NCBI GenBank assembly: GCA_951406725.2
Contig: OX597836.1
Span: 7,812,001-7,876,000, forward strand
DNA: 64,000 nucleotides
From: Octopus vulgaris
Taxonomy: Eukaryota
Direction of reading: 5' to 3'
Shown: one piece after another, positions 50,001-64,000 of the stretch
How the letters are laid out: each line of letters begins with the position of its first letter
Position numbering within the stretch: position 1 is the stretch's first letter
Position numbers and translations under genes: made by a program
The notes under the pieces: generated by a model
Database searches by the model: none
What the model was told of the DNA's origin: nothing
What the model saw: the letters and a program-made list of their open reading frames with translations, nothing else

Positions 50001-53000
50001 AATAATAATAATGATAATAACAACAATTTAAATAGGAATTTTTTAAATTTAGTTTTTCACTGGAATTTACTTGAAGTTTAAATTTAAATTTCTCATTAAA
50101 CGCCCCCTCAAATTTGGGTTTATGGAAAAATTGATTTTATGAATTAGTAATTTCATATCAAAAATATTCAATAAGTAAATAAAATAAAATAAATATAAAA
50201 TAAAACAACTACAGGGTAAAAAAATAAATGTGTTAAAATTTCCATTTTCATTTTACAAAATCTTAGAAATATTTTAAAATTCCAATCCATTTTCTATTTC
50301 TGTGTGTGTGCATGTGTGTGTGTGTGTATATATGTTCATGGCTGTATATGTATGTATGTTTGTATGTATATATTTGTGTGTATTATGTGTATATGTGTGA
50401 TGTAGTGTGTGTGTATATATATGTGTGTATCTGTCTGTATTGTGTGGGTGATGTGTGTGTACATATATTTATGTGTGCATATATATATATTATATATATG
50501 TTTTTGTTTGTTTTAAGAGGAAACTACTAAATATATATATTATGTATATGTAGTGCATATATATATATTATGTGTATGTTTTTGTTTGTTTTAAGAGGAA
50601 ACTACTGAAGTTTTTTTTTATTGAAACCTGATCCCAAAGCTAAACTTTGATAAAACAACTCTGGGACTCAGCAACCGACTCTGATAAACCCTATAAAAGG
50701 GTTCAGAAAGATGCTTAACTCCCTACTAACACAAACATCCCTCTATACAGAAGTAATTATATTCCTTCGTTAGAGCACTCCCCTCCCTCTCCCCCTTTCA
50801 TTTATTATTCTTTCATTATCCTAATTTTTATTAGCTTTAGGCACTGAACTCTGGCCATACTGCAGCGTCACTTCCTTCACAGTTTTATTTGGGGATTGCT
50901 GCTTAACAAGAAAACCAACTCATAAAATGTTGCAGGTTGTGTGGTGCTTGGCTACCACATACTTTCAGGTTCAATCTCACTGCTTGGTACCCTAAGCAAT
51001 TGGCTTCCATTGTAGCCCCAGTTCAGCCAGTGGTTTGTGAGTAATTTTTTGTAGACAGAAACTGTGTTGAAGCCTGTGTATATATATATATATATTTATG
51101 GGGAGAGGGGGTCACCTTCCACACTATCACTACTTGACAGTTGGTGTTGGTTTGTTTATGTCTCCATAACTTAGCAATTTAGTAAAAGTAACTGATAACA
51201 ATAAGTACAACACTTACAAAAACTGTAAGCACACCCTTCAGCATTCAGATTCCTCTGTCAAAAGCAAGGCTTATTTATATTCGCATTCATCATCACCATC
51301 GTTTAACTTCTGCTTTCCATGCTGGCATGGGTTGGACGGCTTGACTGAGGACTGGCGAACCAGTAGAATCATACTTTGTCTCATAGCTTTGATATTTTCA
51401 TGATGTGATTGTTTATTTTTAGAAGGACATTGTAGGGTAGGTGTGAGAGGCTGGATATAGCTGGCTTGGATGCTAAAGGGTTAATTTGACACCTGTCTGG
51501 TTGATCACCACCCTACCACCACCACCACCACTGCCAGTGCTGTCACCGATGCTTCCTCCTTTAGAGAACACTCTTATAAGCCTTCAGAGAAAGTCATTCG
51601 TCTGAGAATACCAGTATCCTCATCCCTTTCTCTCATCAGTCTTGGAGATGTTTCAAAAATATCTCGCCAATATTGCCCCTCGTTTTCTGACTAAACTACA
51701 AACAGGCACGGCTGAGTGGTAAGAAGTTTGCTTCCCAACCACCTGGTTCTGAGTTCAGTCCCACTTTGGACAAATGTCTTGTACTGTAGCCTGGCACCAA
51801 CCAAAGCCTTCTGAATGGACTTGGTGAATGGAAACTGAAAGAAGCCCTTTGTGTGTGTATTAATGTATATATATATATATATATAATACAAAAAAGGGGC
51901 AACACACATCCAGACAGATGATACAAAGAAAACAAGAATGGGTCATTCGGAGTTTTCTTTCTTCCCATCTGTGTGTGTGTCTGTCTTTGTTTGGTTCCCG
52001 TCCCAACTCCATCGTTTGTTAACCACTGTCGGTGTGTTTACATCCACATAACTTGGCAGTTTGGCAAAAGGAGACCAATAGAATTAGTAATCAGGCTTTA
52101 AAAAAAAGATGAGTTCTGGGGTTGATTCACATGACTAAAACCCTTCAAAGTGACTGAGATGAGTAAAGAATGAAAGATTTTTCTGGTGATGATGATGATG
52201 ATGATGATAAGGTTTAAGCTGAGAGAACACTTAACTGTTATTTCATGAAACCTCCTAACTACAGGTAAATGCTCTCCACTTTACTCCCGGAATGTTACAC
52301 AATGGAATCTGAAAACCTAGTTTTCAGCAAAAATAAAATAAATTCTCTTTTCACTTCATACATGAGGACTTTGAATTAAGTTCCTGCTCTAATTATTTGG
52401 AAAACAATTTACATTTTTAATGAGTTATGTGGAAATTAAAAGGAAATTATATTTCTCAGATTACACACACACAGAGACACTCACTCACACGGTCCTTTGA
52501 ATACATGCAAACATACACATTCCTATACATACAAGCTTATTCACACACACACACATTCATTTACATACATCCTCAATTGCACATATCACTCTTCAACACA
52601 CAAGTGTTCACTTGAACACACCTACTTACACATTCACACACTCACCACAACACACATACACATGCAGTCTCACACACTCTAACACATATACACTCACACA
52701 CACACTCCCTCTAATAAAGGCACACACACTTATATTCTTTTATATTTATTTGCTTTCATTCTTCAGGCCATGGTCATGCTGCAGCATTGCTTTCAAAGAC
52801 TGATTATATCACCCCTAATATTTTTTCCTGGTATCTGTTTTATCAGTTCCAGAATCTTTGGGAGTGGGTGATGGAGGCAATAATTTTATTTCGCTATCCA
52901 TGACAATATTCTTACACACACACATGCACTTTCCATACAGCCTCCAACCTGGAACACTTCCCACATCAGTTGACCAGAGGTCACAGCTATTTCTACACCT

Positions 53001-53109
53001 TCCAACTACTTGTTAGTGGTTTTTAATACTATTGCCAAGTAGTAGCAGTATCAGTATAGGAATGTCCCAACCCTGTTTGCCCCAGATTGTTCTCCCCTAT
53101 CTCTGCAGT

Positions 53110-53438
53110 CAGAGCCAGATTAAGACCCATAAAGGCCTAAAGCACTTAAAAGATTTCGGTGACCCTATAATTCAAAATATAAACAATAATAAACCATAAA
53201 ATGAATTTTCATTTTTTCAAAATGAAATAAAATTAACAGTAAAAGGCAAAATAAAGTTTGTTTTTGCATTCTTAGATTTTATTTATATTTGAAAACTTTT
53301 CTCCTCCCATTCTTTCGTTTGCAATATTAATCTTACAAAGCACATCTGATAAATATGTTTACCATTTTTTTGGTGCTGCCGCCTTCCCTTGCTGCCCTAA
53401 GCATGTGCTTATTTTGCTTAATGGTTAATCCAGCCCTG
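53110..53438 (-). mobile_element. Non-autonomous hAT derivative, same family as 48863-49282
   Basis: TIRs cagagccagattaa / ttaatccagccctg; shared subterminal sequence. Confidence 0.8.
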
Positions 53439-54737
53439 CCTTCTGTCACCCCCCAAAGGATCAGATGCACTGGTAACTACTCCTGCCACACAGAAATTGT
53501 TTTGTTTTTCTACATTCTGGGGATTAGTTCTCTACTCTCAGCTTTAGTCTTTCCCTTACATATATATCTGTTCCTATCCAGGCATGGCCATGTAGTTACG
53601 AAGCTTGCTGCCTGACCATATGGTTGTAGGTTCAGTTCCACAATGTGGACCCTTGGCCAAGTGTCCTCTATGATAACCCTGGATTCACCAATGCCTTGTG
53701 AGTGACTTTGGCAGATGGAAACTGAACGAAGCTTGTCATATATACATGTGTGTGTGCAGGTGTGAGTTGGTGTCTCCTCGCTGTCATTTAGCTGTGTCCT
53801 GTGTTTCTACCCTTCCATGAGAAACATGTCTTGCCATGGGGAAAATATTAACTTGTTTGGAAACAGGAGAAGGTTGGCAGCAGGAAGAGCATCCAGCTAT
53901 AGAAAATCTGCCTCAACAAATTCCAGTGATTAATGACGATTATGAAGTGTTTCCTTTTTTTTTTTTGTTTCCTTTTCCAGCTCAGGACTCACTGTTTTGC
54001 TGTTCTTCTTAAGTCCAATGTGAACCAGAAATTACTAGATCTAGCCACACCCCACAACATCCTATATCTACAAAAAAAAAAAATTATGCCAGGGGTTCTC
54101 AACTAGAGTCCATATAAGATTCTTGAGGGTCCACAGGTGCAGTAGAGTAAATTGGGGTCCATGGTAATTTTTCAGACCAGTAAAGTTTACGTGCAATAAA
54201 TTGAGTTTATGTCCAAAATACACAAAATAGTTTAACAATTTTTATAATAATATTTAATTCTAAAAATACAAAAGGATTTTTTAAAACATTGAATGACTGT
54301 GAGGATCCACCCAAGTACAAGCAGGAACCAAAGGGGTCCATAGGTAAAAATTGGTTGTGAACCCTGAATACTCTGCCGTCTTCATGCCCCACACAATTCT
54401 CAAAGCCTTTTACATTTTAGTCTCTCCTTTTCATGGACCCACTCCATATTGCTGTTACACAGCAACATTGATTCAACAATTTGAGCAATTTTTTTTTTTG
54501 TTTTATTTTGGTGTGGTTGTCATCAAATCTGACGATGCTATAGGTCAGGGCATCTGCATCATTACTGGAGAAAGGCTTGGGGACATAGCTTTTTTTTTTC
54601 AAATCTGTTTGCATTCTGCAGTCATTAGTAACATTCAGAAATCTGGGTATCAGTCTTTCTTTGTTATACTCTTGTGGAGAAATAGTGACATTCCAAAAAT
54701 GATGAACTCTGATGCTTTTATATATATGTATATATAT

Positions 54738-55110
54738 AGGCGCAGGAGTGGCTGTGTGGTAAGAAGCTTCCCAACCTCATGGTTCTGGGTTCAGTCCCAC
54801 TGCATGGCACCTTGGACAATCATCTTCTACTATAGCCTCAGGCTGACCAAAGCCTTGTGAGTGGATTTGGTTAATGGAAACTGAAAGAAGCCTGTCAAAT
54901 GTGTGTGTGTTTGTATTTGTGTATCTGTGTTTGTCCTCCCACCATTGCTTGACAACTGATGTTAGTGTATTTACGTCCCTGTAAAAGAGACCGATAGAAT
55001 AAGTACTAGGCTTACAAAGGATAATTCCTGGGATCGATTTGTTCACCTGAATGCAGTGCTCCAGCATGGCCATTGTCAAATGACTGAAACAAGTAAAAGA
55101 ATAAAGGAAT
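54738..55110 (+). mobile_element. SINE family A
   Basis: Head aggcgcaggagtggctgtgtggtaagaag; tail gactgaaacaagtaaaagaa. Confidence 0.9.
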
Positions 55111-55549
55111 ATATATACAGATTTACACACAAATTTTCCTTTATTTATTTATTTACTTATTGAATGACATAAGTGGTAAACTATTTGAAAAATATAAATT
55201 ATCCCCGTGACATTCTAAGCATTTTCATAATTTGTTCTAGAACTATCCAGGGAAATATTATTATCACCTGTTATATAAATTCTCATCTCTTTGATCTGTA
55301 ACTTGTTCAATAGGTGCCAAAGAATGAAAGTCTCAGACCTTGAGTCACTCTCTTGCTTCTGCTAAATATTAATAAAACATACATTTGGGAAATGGGTGCA
55401 CTTTTACCGTTTGGGTCGTGGCTTTTATTAGTAATCAGCATTTGTAATGTGACATCGTTAATTAATTACCAAATTCAGAAACATATGTAATAAAGGAATG
55501 CCACATCCATGCCAATGTTTTCTATTGTTATATGTGTGTGTGTGTGTAT

Positions 55550-55905
55550 CTTTTATCTTGTTTCAGTCACTTGACTGTGGCCATGCTGAAGCACTGCCTT
55601 AAAGGGTTTTTGTCAAACAAGTCGACCCTAGGAAGTATTTTATATAAACCTAGTACTCCGTTTCTTTTGCCAAACTGCTAAGTTACGAGGACAACACCAA
55701 CAGTGGTTGTCAAGCAATGGTGGGAGGACAAACACACACACACACATGATGGCCTTCTATCAATTTCTATCTGCCAAATCCACTCACAATGCTTTGGTCA
55801 GCCTCAGGCTATAGTGGAAGACACTTACCTAAAGGATACATGTGGGACTGAACCTGGAACCATGTGGTCGGGAAGCAATCCCCTTACCACACAGCCATGC
55901 CTGCA
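55550..55905 (-). mobile_element. SINE family A
   Basis: Reverse complement of family A. Confidence 0.85.
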
Positions 55906-56660
55906 CATGTGTGTGTGTGTGTGTATTTATGTAAAAATCTGATCAACACAGGATGCTGTTTATACCCTTTGTTCCCTATGCATGCTAACCCCATCACTTC
56001 ACTGGAAGTAGGCTGGGTGTTAGTACTTTACATGGAGTTCTAAATTCAATGGTAGCAGTCATTCCTCTAATTCTACACACAGGAACCACCACTACTACTA
56101 CTGGTGTATATTGTGTTGTATTTTTCAAATTTCTCACTAATGGAGGAAAAGCTGGTTTCTAATCTAGAAACCTGACTCTTTCATTGGAATTTAAACAACA
56201 TAAATCAGGGTTGTCTTATATGTATGTATACATCTATGTTTGCATGTACATGTATAAATGTATCCTGGGGTACAGGCATGGATAGCTTTGCTTATGTTAG
56301 TATTTATTTATTTATTTATGTGTGTTTGTGTGTGTATAAATGCATGTGTACATGAGTGTGTGAAGGCACGTGGATCAATGGTTAGGGCATTTGGCTCACA
56401 GACATAAGGCTGTGAGTTCGATTCCTTGAGCAAGGCACTTTATTTCATGCTCCTCCAATCCACTCAGCTGGTAAAACTGAAGTGTACCTGTAACTCAAAG
56501 GGACAGCCCTGTCACATTCCGAGTGATGTTGAATCTGCCTGATACCTACATTAAGGTTGTACATGTCTGTGGAGTACTCAGCCACTTGCACGTTAACTTC
56601 ACAAGCAGGATGTCCCATCGATTGGATCAACTAGAACCGTCATTGTTGTAACCAATGGAA

Positions 56661-56879
56661 TGAGGGGCTGCTGGAAAGTTCCTGGCTTTGGGTAAAAGAA
56701 AATACAGGAAGATCAGTTAATTACGATTTTATCCAACATATTCCCCTCTAAAATTCACACACATATTGCAACGGTCCTTCAGTTTTTTCTAACCCCTGTA
56801 AAAGAACTCGGAAGGTTGGGCCTCTTAAACAGGCCTTTTATGATATCCTTAAAACCAGGAACTTTTCAGCACCTCTTCG
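56661..56879. mobile_element. mariner-type MITE
   Basis: TIRs tgaggggctgctggaaagttcctgg / ccaggaacttttcagcacctcttcg. Confidence 0.8.
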
Positions 56880-57396
56880 TGTGTGTGTATATATTTTCTA
56901 CATCCAATAGGCTTTTGCTTATCCAATTGCCTTTGTGAGGCATTAGTTGACACAAGAAGAAACTTACGCAAGTATTGTGCTGTGGGATTAAATCCCGAAC
57001 TATGTTTTAGCAAACTCTAAACTTCTTAACCAGATGGGACCCACCCAACTCCATTATTTGCACAACAATCTGCTCAAAAGAAGCTTTACCTTATTCTCTC
57101 TCCAAGCTCAAAGTAAACAGTGTGTCCCATCCATCCATCCTCTCTCTCTCTCTCCTAAATCAATTTACAATTATTTCCTCCCAACTTTGACTTCCTTTTT
57201 TTTTAATAACTTCCAGAATTTCTAAAAATAACATTGTGTAAATTTCAGGCTAAAAAATCCGTCAAGAAGAAGTCTATCGGCATGTGGTTCCGTATTCTGA
57301 TATTGGCAAAGGAAAAAAGAATAAAGTAAAATAAATAAATGAAAAAATGCATAAGCAAATGTTTAAGAAAATATTTCAATTATTTATGTTTTGTAG

Positions 57397-57479
57397 GGCA
57401 ATGGCTGGAGGGAAGAGTGTGTCAGAGAATTACGCTTTTGCAGGAATGCATCATATTTTTGATCAACATGCTGCTTCTG
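57397..57479 (+). CDS. WDR13: Internal coding exon (83 bp, phase 2 to phase 1) of WD repeat-containing protein 13
   Basis: Acceptor tatttatgttttgtAG| and donor |GTgagt. Translation (R)[27 protein letters not shown](V) matches the WDR13 segment I recall from human ([25 protein letters not shown]..V), just before the first WD repeat. Recognition from memory, not a database search. Confidence 0.9.
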
Positions 57480-57764
57480 GTGAGTTTCAAACATTTCATT
57501 CTACATCATATTCCTGTCAAAGACTTCCAAGATCTTCTTCTTTTTCCATCATGTATTTTGGTAAAATCAACAGCTTTGTCAATCGCAGGTTTCTAATGGA
57601 CCGATTACTGGTTTGCTATTTTGTGATGAGGGTGGGGGCAGAAGAGGACCAGAGGATTGTTTGTGTAACTCGGGCAGAGTAAATATCACACAAGGTATTA
57701 TTATTGTTTTGTTTATGTTTGTTTGACACATTGGTTTATGGAAAATTTTCTTATCGATGTGCCT

Positions 57765-57980
57765 GATGATGATGATGCACACATCATCATCATCATCTTC
57801 TTCATTGTCATCATCATCATTGTGCTTGTTGTCATCATTATCATCACCATCATCATCTTCTGCCTCCTCCTCATCACTTCCTTCATCATCTTCATTGTCA
57901 TCACCACCACTACCACCATCATCATCATCATTGTCGTCCTTGTCATCATTATCACCACCATCATCTTCCTCATCATCAAT
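57765..57980. repeat. Degenerate (CAT)n trinucleotide tract, probably an expanded family C tail
   Basis: Runs directly into ttccatacttgcatgggttgga of family C. Confidence 0.9.
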
Positions 57981-58681
57981 CTTTTTTTCCATACTTGCAT
58001 GGGTTGGAAGGTATTTCTCCTCACAGCATCACACACCATTTTCTCATGTTCTTGTGGCTCCTCTGTCATTTCCTCCACCCTGTTCTCACTATGGCTGCTA
58101 TAACTTTTGGAACAGATACCCCCCCCCCCCCTCACCGAAAGTGGCAATTAACTCTAGGGAGCCAGCTTTCTAAATATCGAAATTAGACAATTAGAATGAT
58201 TGGTATAAAATATTAATGATTGGCAACACGATATATCTAGAAGGTACCTGGTTTTGTGTGAAATTTTGAATGATATATTTATCTTTCACTCATTGGACTG
58301 TAGCCTTGCTGGGGCATTCGAGGATTTCGTCAAACAAGTCAACCCCAGCACTTACTTTTAAGTCTGGTGCTTATTCAATCAGTCTCTCTTGCAGAACCTC
58401 TAAGTTACAGGGCCATAAACAAACCAACACTTGTTGGTGATGGTGACAAACACAAACATACAGACATATATCCTACTCAGTTAACGGGTCTTAACTTGTG
58501 GGTACTTGGTAACCTCACCAGCACTATTACCACATAGAAAGCACCCTGTACACTCTGTTAAGTTGTTGGCATCCGTCTGTAGAAACTCTGCCAAAGCAGA
58601 TACAGAACCTGGCGGAGCCCTCTTGTTCAGCATGGAAAAAAGAATGGTAAACAATAATGAAGAATGCTAAACAATAATGAA

Positions 58682-58849
58682 GAGTGGCTGTGTGGTAAGT
58701 AGCTTGCTAACCAACCACATGGTTGCGGGTTCAGTCCCACTGCGTGGCATCTTGGGCAAGTGTCTTCTGCTATAGACCCGGGCCGACCAATGCCTTGTGA
58801 GTGGATTTGGTAGACGGAAACTGAAAGAAGCCTGTCGTATATATGTATG

Positions 58850-58880
<31 letters not shown>

Positions 58881-59090
58881 TTGTGTGTCTGTGTTTGTCC
58901 CCCTAGCATTGCTTGACAACCGATGCTGGTGTGTTTACGTCCCCGTCACTTAGCGGTTCGGCAAAAGAGACCGATAGAATAAGTACTGGGCTTACAAAGA
59001 ATAAGTCCCGGGGTCCATTTGATCGACTAAAGGCGGTGCTCCAGCATGGCCGCAGTCAAATGACTGAAACAAGTAAAAAAGTAAAAAAAA
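58682..59090 (+). mobile_element. SINE family A, young copy
   Basis: Near-identical to 24199-24630 with CpGs retained. Confidence 0.9.
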
Positions 59091-59725
59091 AGTATAGGAT
59101 TCCACACAGTTTCCATTCACTAAATTCGCTCACAAGGCTTTGGTTTTTAACAAAAGACACATGCTCAAAGTGCCACACAGTAGGACTAAACCCAAAACCA
59201 ACCTGAGTTGCTTCACCTCACACCCATGCCAGCCCCCGTGAGCCATGTTTGTAAATTTATTGTTTAAATCCCACCTAAAACGAAATCAACAACACTTAAC
59301 CGAATTATGAATTAATCACCAACCAACACTTGAAACTCAGTTGCACAAGGAAAACCATGAGTTGTCATGTGATTATCTCACACCAATTAATTAATTCCTT
59401 TTGTTCAGGTCTTCATTATTTTATTATCTCCACAAGTGTGATAGGTGCTTTGGGTCTCTCATGTTCAGTTATTACTTCAATATATAAACAATTGACGATA
59501 ATGAAAAAAAAAATAATCAAAAAGATTAAAAAAAAAAACCCAACCAAAATCAAAGGACAAAAAAAAATTCTTTCATTTTTATTAATAATTATTGCTGATT
59601 AGATATGAATCTAATTCAGTTTCATTTAGTTGTTGAATATTAACGATTATTAATTCATTCACTTTCTGAGTTGTTTATGGAAATCTATCTTATTTTCTGA
59701 TACTGACTTGTGGGCTAAGCAACAC

Positions 59726-59757
<32 letters not shown>

Positions 59758-60050
59758 ACAATGACACTGATAAAACGTTTCAGAATCAAAAGAATCCCCC
59801 ATCATTGTCACCATCACCGTTTTAATGTTAACTTTTCTGTGCTTGAATGAGTGGGGCAGATTTTGCTATGATCAGACGGCTTTCTTGTCATCATCATTCA
59901 CTTGTTTCCATGTAAGGTAATATTTCCAATTGGCTGAATATGTTTTCACAGAAAACTGGAAACAAACGACACCACCTGTGTAAGGGCGACTTCATTTACG
60001 ACTATTATGTGATGTGAAGACAAGGAAACACTAAAACAGACAGACATACA

Positions 60051-60088
<38 letters not shown>

Positions 60089-61542
60089 CATACACATTAT
60101 CATCATCATCATTGTTATTTAACAGGTCTTTTGGATGAAGTTTTCAGAAACAACCCAACAGGTTCACCATTAATTCCATGAATTATAAAAATATAAAAGG
60201 GGGTTTTTAATCCTCAAATGGCTACGAGGGTCCACCCAAATAAAATAGGAATCAAAGTGGGGTCCACAGGAACAAAAAAATGGTTGAGAACCATTTATTA
60301 AGAACCTTTCTGACTTGATGTTTAGCAAAAGGATATTTTCTTTTCCACTCTTTCCTTCCTTCAGAATGTCTTTTGTCTTTGAGCTCTCTCGTTCCAAAGT
60401 TACTAACCTCTAATTTATATTGAGTGATATATTTGTTACTAGGGAAAGACTGAGTATTTACAACCGTCTCTCACTACCTCTCATACACTCCTGCAACCTC
60501 CACCCATTCACACTCTTGTTTCATCAGTCTTCACTTCAAACCTTGAGGATCCACCTAAACACCAGTATTTTTCATCTTTCCAGCCTCCCAGTCACTCCCA
60601 CCTCCTCTTCATCACCCTTTAGTATTTAAACTGGTCATATCTGGCCAAAATTCCACATCTGGCCTCTCACACCTACCCTACAATGTCATTCTAAAAATAT
60701 AATGATCACATTGTCGTAATTTTTAAGCAACACGATAATGCATGATTAATTCAAAACAATGTGAATGAATAAGCATTGTGCCACCTGACTGGCTCTCGTG
60801 CCGGTGGCACATAAAAAGCACCATTCAAGCGTGGTCGATGCCAGTACTGCCTGAGTAGCCCATTTGCCAGTGACATGTAAAAAGCACCCCCTACACTCTG
60901 GAGTAGTTGGCGTTAGGAAGGACATCCAGCTGTAGAATCTTTGCCAGATTGGATTGGAGCCTGGTGAAGTCTCCTGGCTTGCCAGCCCTCAGTCAAACCA
61001 TCCAACCCATGCCAGCATGGAAAGCAGATGTTAAACAATGATGATGATCTGAGAGAGTAATCCTAAAGGGTTAAATGTGAATTGTCGTGCAGCTCCTTTA
61101 CTGCAAGAGATTTGTTTTGCTTTGGCCCTCCAACCTCTCCTCTTATATTTAACCTTCATTTTGAAGTACCACGTCTCTCTCCTTCTCAGAGTTTCTAGTC
61201 TCACAAACTGCATGAACTCACAAGTGCTAGCAACATGAAACAAAGCACTTAGCACATGTTCAGTAGTTGGCATTTGGAATCTTCAACCACAGAAACCGTA
61301 CTGAAGCAGACACTGGAGCACGATGCAGTCCTTGGATCCAGTCAAACCATCCAATGCATGCCAGCATGGACATTTAAATGATGATGACAATGGTGGTGAT
61401 GGTGGTGAGGAGCCACCTGTCTATCGTGGATCCTGTTGGGACTGAAGTATGTCTGGCTTGTGTGCTCTCCTGATTGGTCGGTAGTCAAGTGGCTGAAGTT
61501 CATCTTACAGATGGTCATTTTGTTTGCATCACAGGACTCTGG

Positions 61543-61880
61543 GTGCAGGCAGGGCTGCGTGATAAGAAGCTTGCTTGTGTGGCACTTTGAGCAAGTGTCT
61601 TCCACTAAAGTCTTGAGCAGATCTGGCAGACGGGAACTGAAAGAAGACTGTCGTATATATATATGTGCATATGCGTGTGTGTAACTTTGTGTTTCTGTGC
61701 CCTATCACCACCATTCCACAACCAGTGTTGGTGTGTTTACATCCTTGTAACTTAGTAAGTGAAGCACAAGAGACCAATAGAATAAGGCTTTAAAAAAAAA
61801 TAAGCCCTGGGGTTGATTCATTCAAGGTGGTGCTTCAGCATGGCCACAGCCTAATGACTGAAGCAAGTAAAGATAAAAGA
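61543..61880 (+). mobile_element. SINE family A, old copy
   Basis: Diverged match with internal deletions. Confidence 0.8.
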
Positions 61881-62859
61881 AGTTGATAATTACTTTGTCG
61901 CATACTATGGCTGATTAGTTAATGTCTGTTTTCCATGCTGGGTCAGACAGTTTGACAAGAGCTGGTGATCTGGAGAGCTGCACCAGGCTCCAGTTGTCTG
62001 TCTTGGTAAGGCTTTTTCTGGTTGGATGCCCTTCCTAGTGCCAACCACTTTACAGAGTGTCCTGGATGCTTTCTATGTGGCACCAACACTTTTATCTATT
62101 TCTCTATCCCCAGTTTGCTTAACCCACCAGTGCTGTAGATCTGGGTGGGGTGCACCCAAGAAGGGAACCAAATACCAGAAGGTCTTTTCGTTTGATGTGC
62201 CAATTCTGACATCCTCCACAGAACACACACACGTGGTTGTGTGGTTACGAAAGCTACTTCACAACCCTATGGTCTTGAGTTCAGTCTCACCATGTGGCAC
62301 CTTGGGCAAGTGTCTTTTAGCCCCAGGCCATCTAATGCCTTGTGAGAGAATTCGATAGACAGGAACTTTACAAAGCTAGTTGTGCATCAAAGCTGGGTAG
62401 ACAGAAACTATGCAGAAGCCCAGAGGATGTATCTGTTTGTGAGTGTATGTTTGTGTGTTCATTTGTTTTGTTTTTTTTTGTCTCTGTTAGCATGGGTTAG
62501 ATGAATTCATATAAGAGATTTTGTTTCACATCAGACACCCTTCCTGTCTCTACTCCTTATCTCTTATTTCTTTTAAAGTAAGGGAGTTTTCATTCCACTT
62601 CTCTTTGAAAGGACAGAGTTCCTGGGCTATTTGTTGACAAGGAAATGTCGAAAATGACCCATCTGTAACCCAACTTATCATAGAAAGGAAACATGCACAC
62701 ACACACACACAGATGACAGACTTTGTTCAGACAATTTTTGTTATCAGATTCACTCACAAGGCGTCAGTCAGTTGAAGGTCTTAGTAGAAGATACTTATTC
62801 AAGCTACCACAACAGTGGAACTGATATGGTTGTGAAGTAGACTTCCTGACCACCACACA

Positions 62860-62896
<37 letters not shown>

Positions 62897-64000
62897 TCCA
62901 TGGAGGATGTCAGAAATGGTCCCATTATCATCATCATCATCATTGCAGTAATCTCCACATCTCCATGCTGGCATGGGTTGGATGGAGTTTATTAATACAA
63001 ATTCTTGACAGCCAGATGCCCTTCCAGTCGCCTACTCTCTCACCTGTTGCCAATTTAGGCACTCTTTGCCCCTGGCCGGACATGTTTTCACAGAATGTTG
63101 GAAATGAATGACATTGCATATATGACATTGATACATCAAGTGATGTGTCACCATCACATGATGTCAAGGCAACAAGACACACACACACACACGCATATTA
63201 CATATATATATATAAATAGTTACTAACAAGGAATTGTCAATCCAAGCAGAATACTTCACAAACTCTGTTAGTACAAATACACCAAGCTAACAAAATGTTT
63301 TCAGATTATGTCTTTTTTTCATAAATAAATATATATACATGTGTGTGTACATACATATATACACACACACATATATATGCCTTTTCTCATGTACACACAT
63401 TCACATACACTTATATATACACACATATATATGCCTTTTCTCAAATATATATTTAAGACAGGTGTCTTTCAGTTTCTGTCAACCAATAAACACCAAATCC
63501 ACTCACATGGCTTTGGTCATGCTGGAGCTTTTGTAGAAGGTACTTGACCAAGGTGCCATGCAGTGGAACTGAAACCATGTGGTTGGAGAACAAACTTGTT
63601 AATCACGCAGCCTCGCTGGCACTTGATACATCAAACTAAAATACTTTTTATGGTATTTAACTCCTTCTTTGGCTGACCTGGGACTGAACCAGTGTTCTGC
63701 AACCTGAACTAAAACTATAACTAAAAGAATAGGGGAAAAAAAATTATACCCAGGTTACACTGCTGCACACCTATCATCGTCTTGTGTCACACCAGTGTGC
63801 CATGACATACCAGCTGAGGAGCACTGGACTAAACAACAAAAATAACAAATAAGTTGGTTTTTTATTTCAAAATGTTGCTACCTTCTCCAAAAGGAGAATG
63901 ACATGTGACCTACCTGAATCAAAGAATTGTTTTGCCCCAAGTCAGTCCCAGTAAATCAAAGATGTTCCAGTCATGACAAACCTAACTTTTTTCTTCTTCT

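Noticed and set aside
50476-50607. About 50-bp tandem duplication
   Set aside because: Ordinary slippage at a microsatellite edge.
57579-58173. Asp-rich, Ser-rich and Met-rich ORFs
   Set aside because: All are frames of a (CAT)n tract attached to a family C SINE tail.

Overview
AT-rich eukaryotic DNA packed with microsatellites and SINEs, most consistent with an octopus (coleoid cephalopod) genome; that assignment is inferred from the repeat landscape. The only host coding sequence I can support is one 83-bp internal exon on the + strand (57397-57479), encoding [27 protein letters not shown], which I recognise as WDR13. Most of the window is therefore probably very large intron. The rest is dozens of SINE copies from about five families, decayed LINE fragments (RTE, L1-like, others), Tc1/mariner remnants, mariner/hAT/piggyBac MITEs, minisatellites and microsatellites. 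Almost all ORFs in the supplied track are repeat artefacts. Most interesting: (1) a (TA)n-embedded element carrying a minimal hammerhead-ribozyme fold with a compensatory G3-C8 core swap; (2) a 75-bp tandem array made from a SINE-like tail that reads as an open LRR-like peptide repeat; (3) a foldback structure with degenerate hammerhead-like cores enclosing a recently copied 165-bp local sequence; (4) inverted SINE pairs bracketing the WDR13 exon. Repeat boundaries are by eye and approximate unless a TSD or TIR is quoted; only representative SINE copies are listed.
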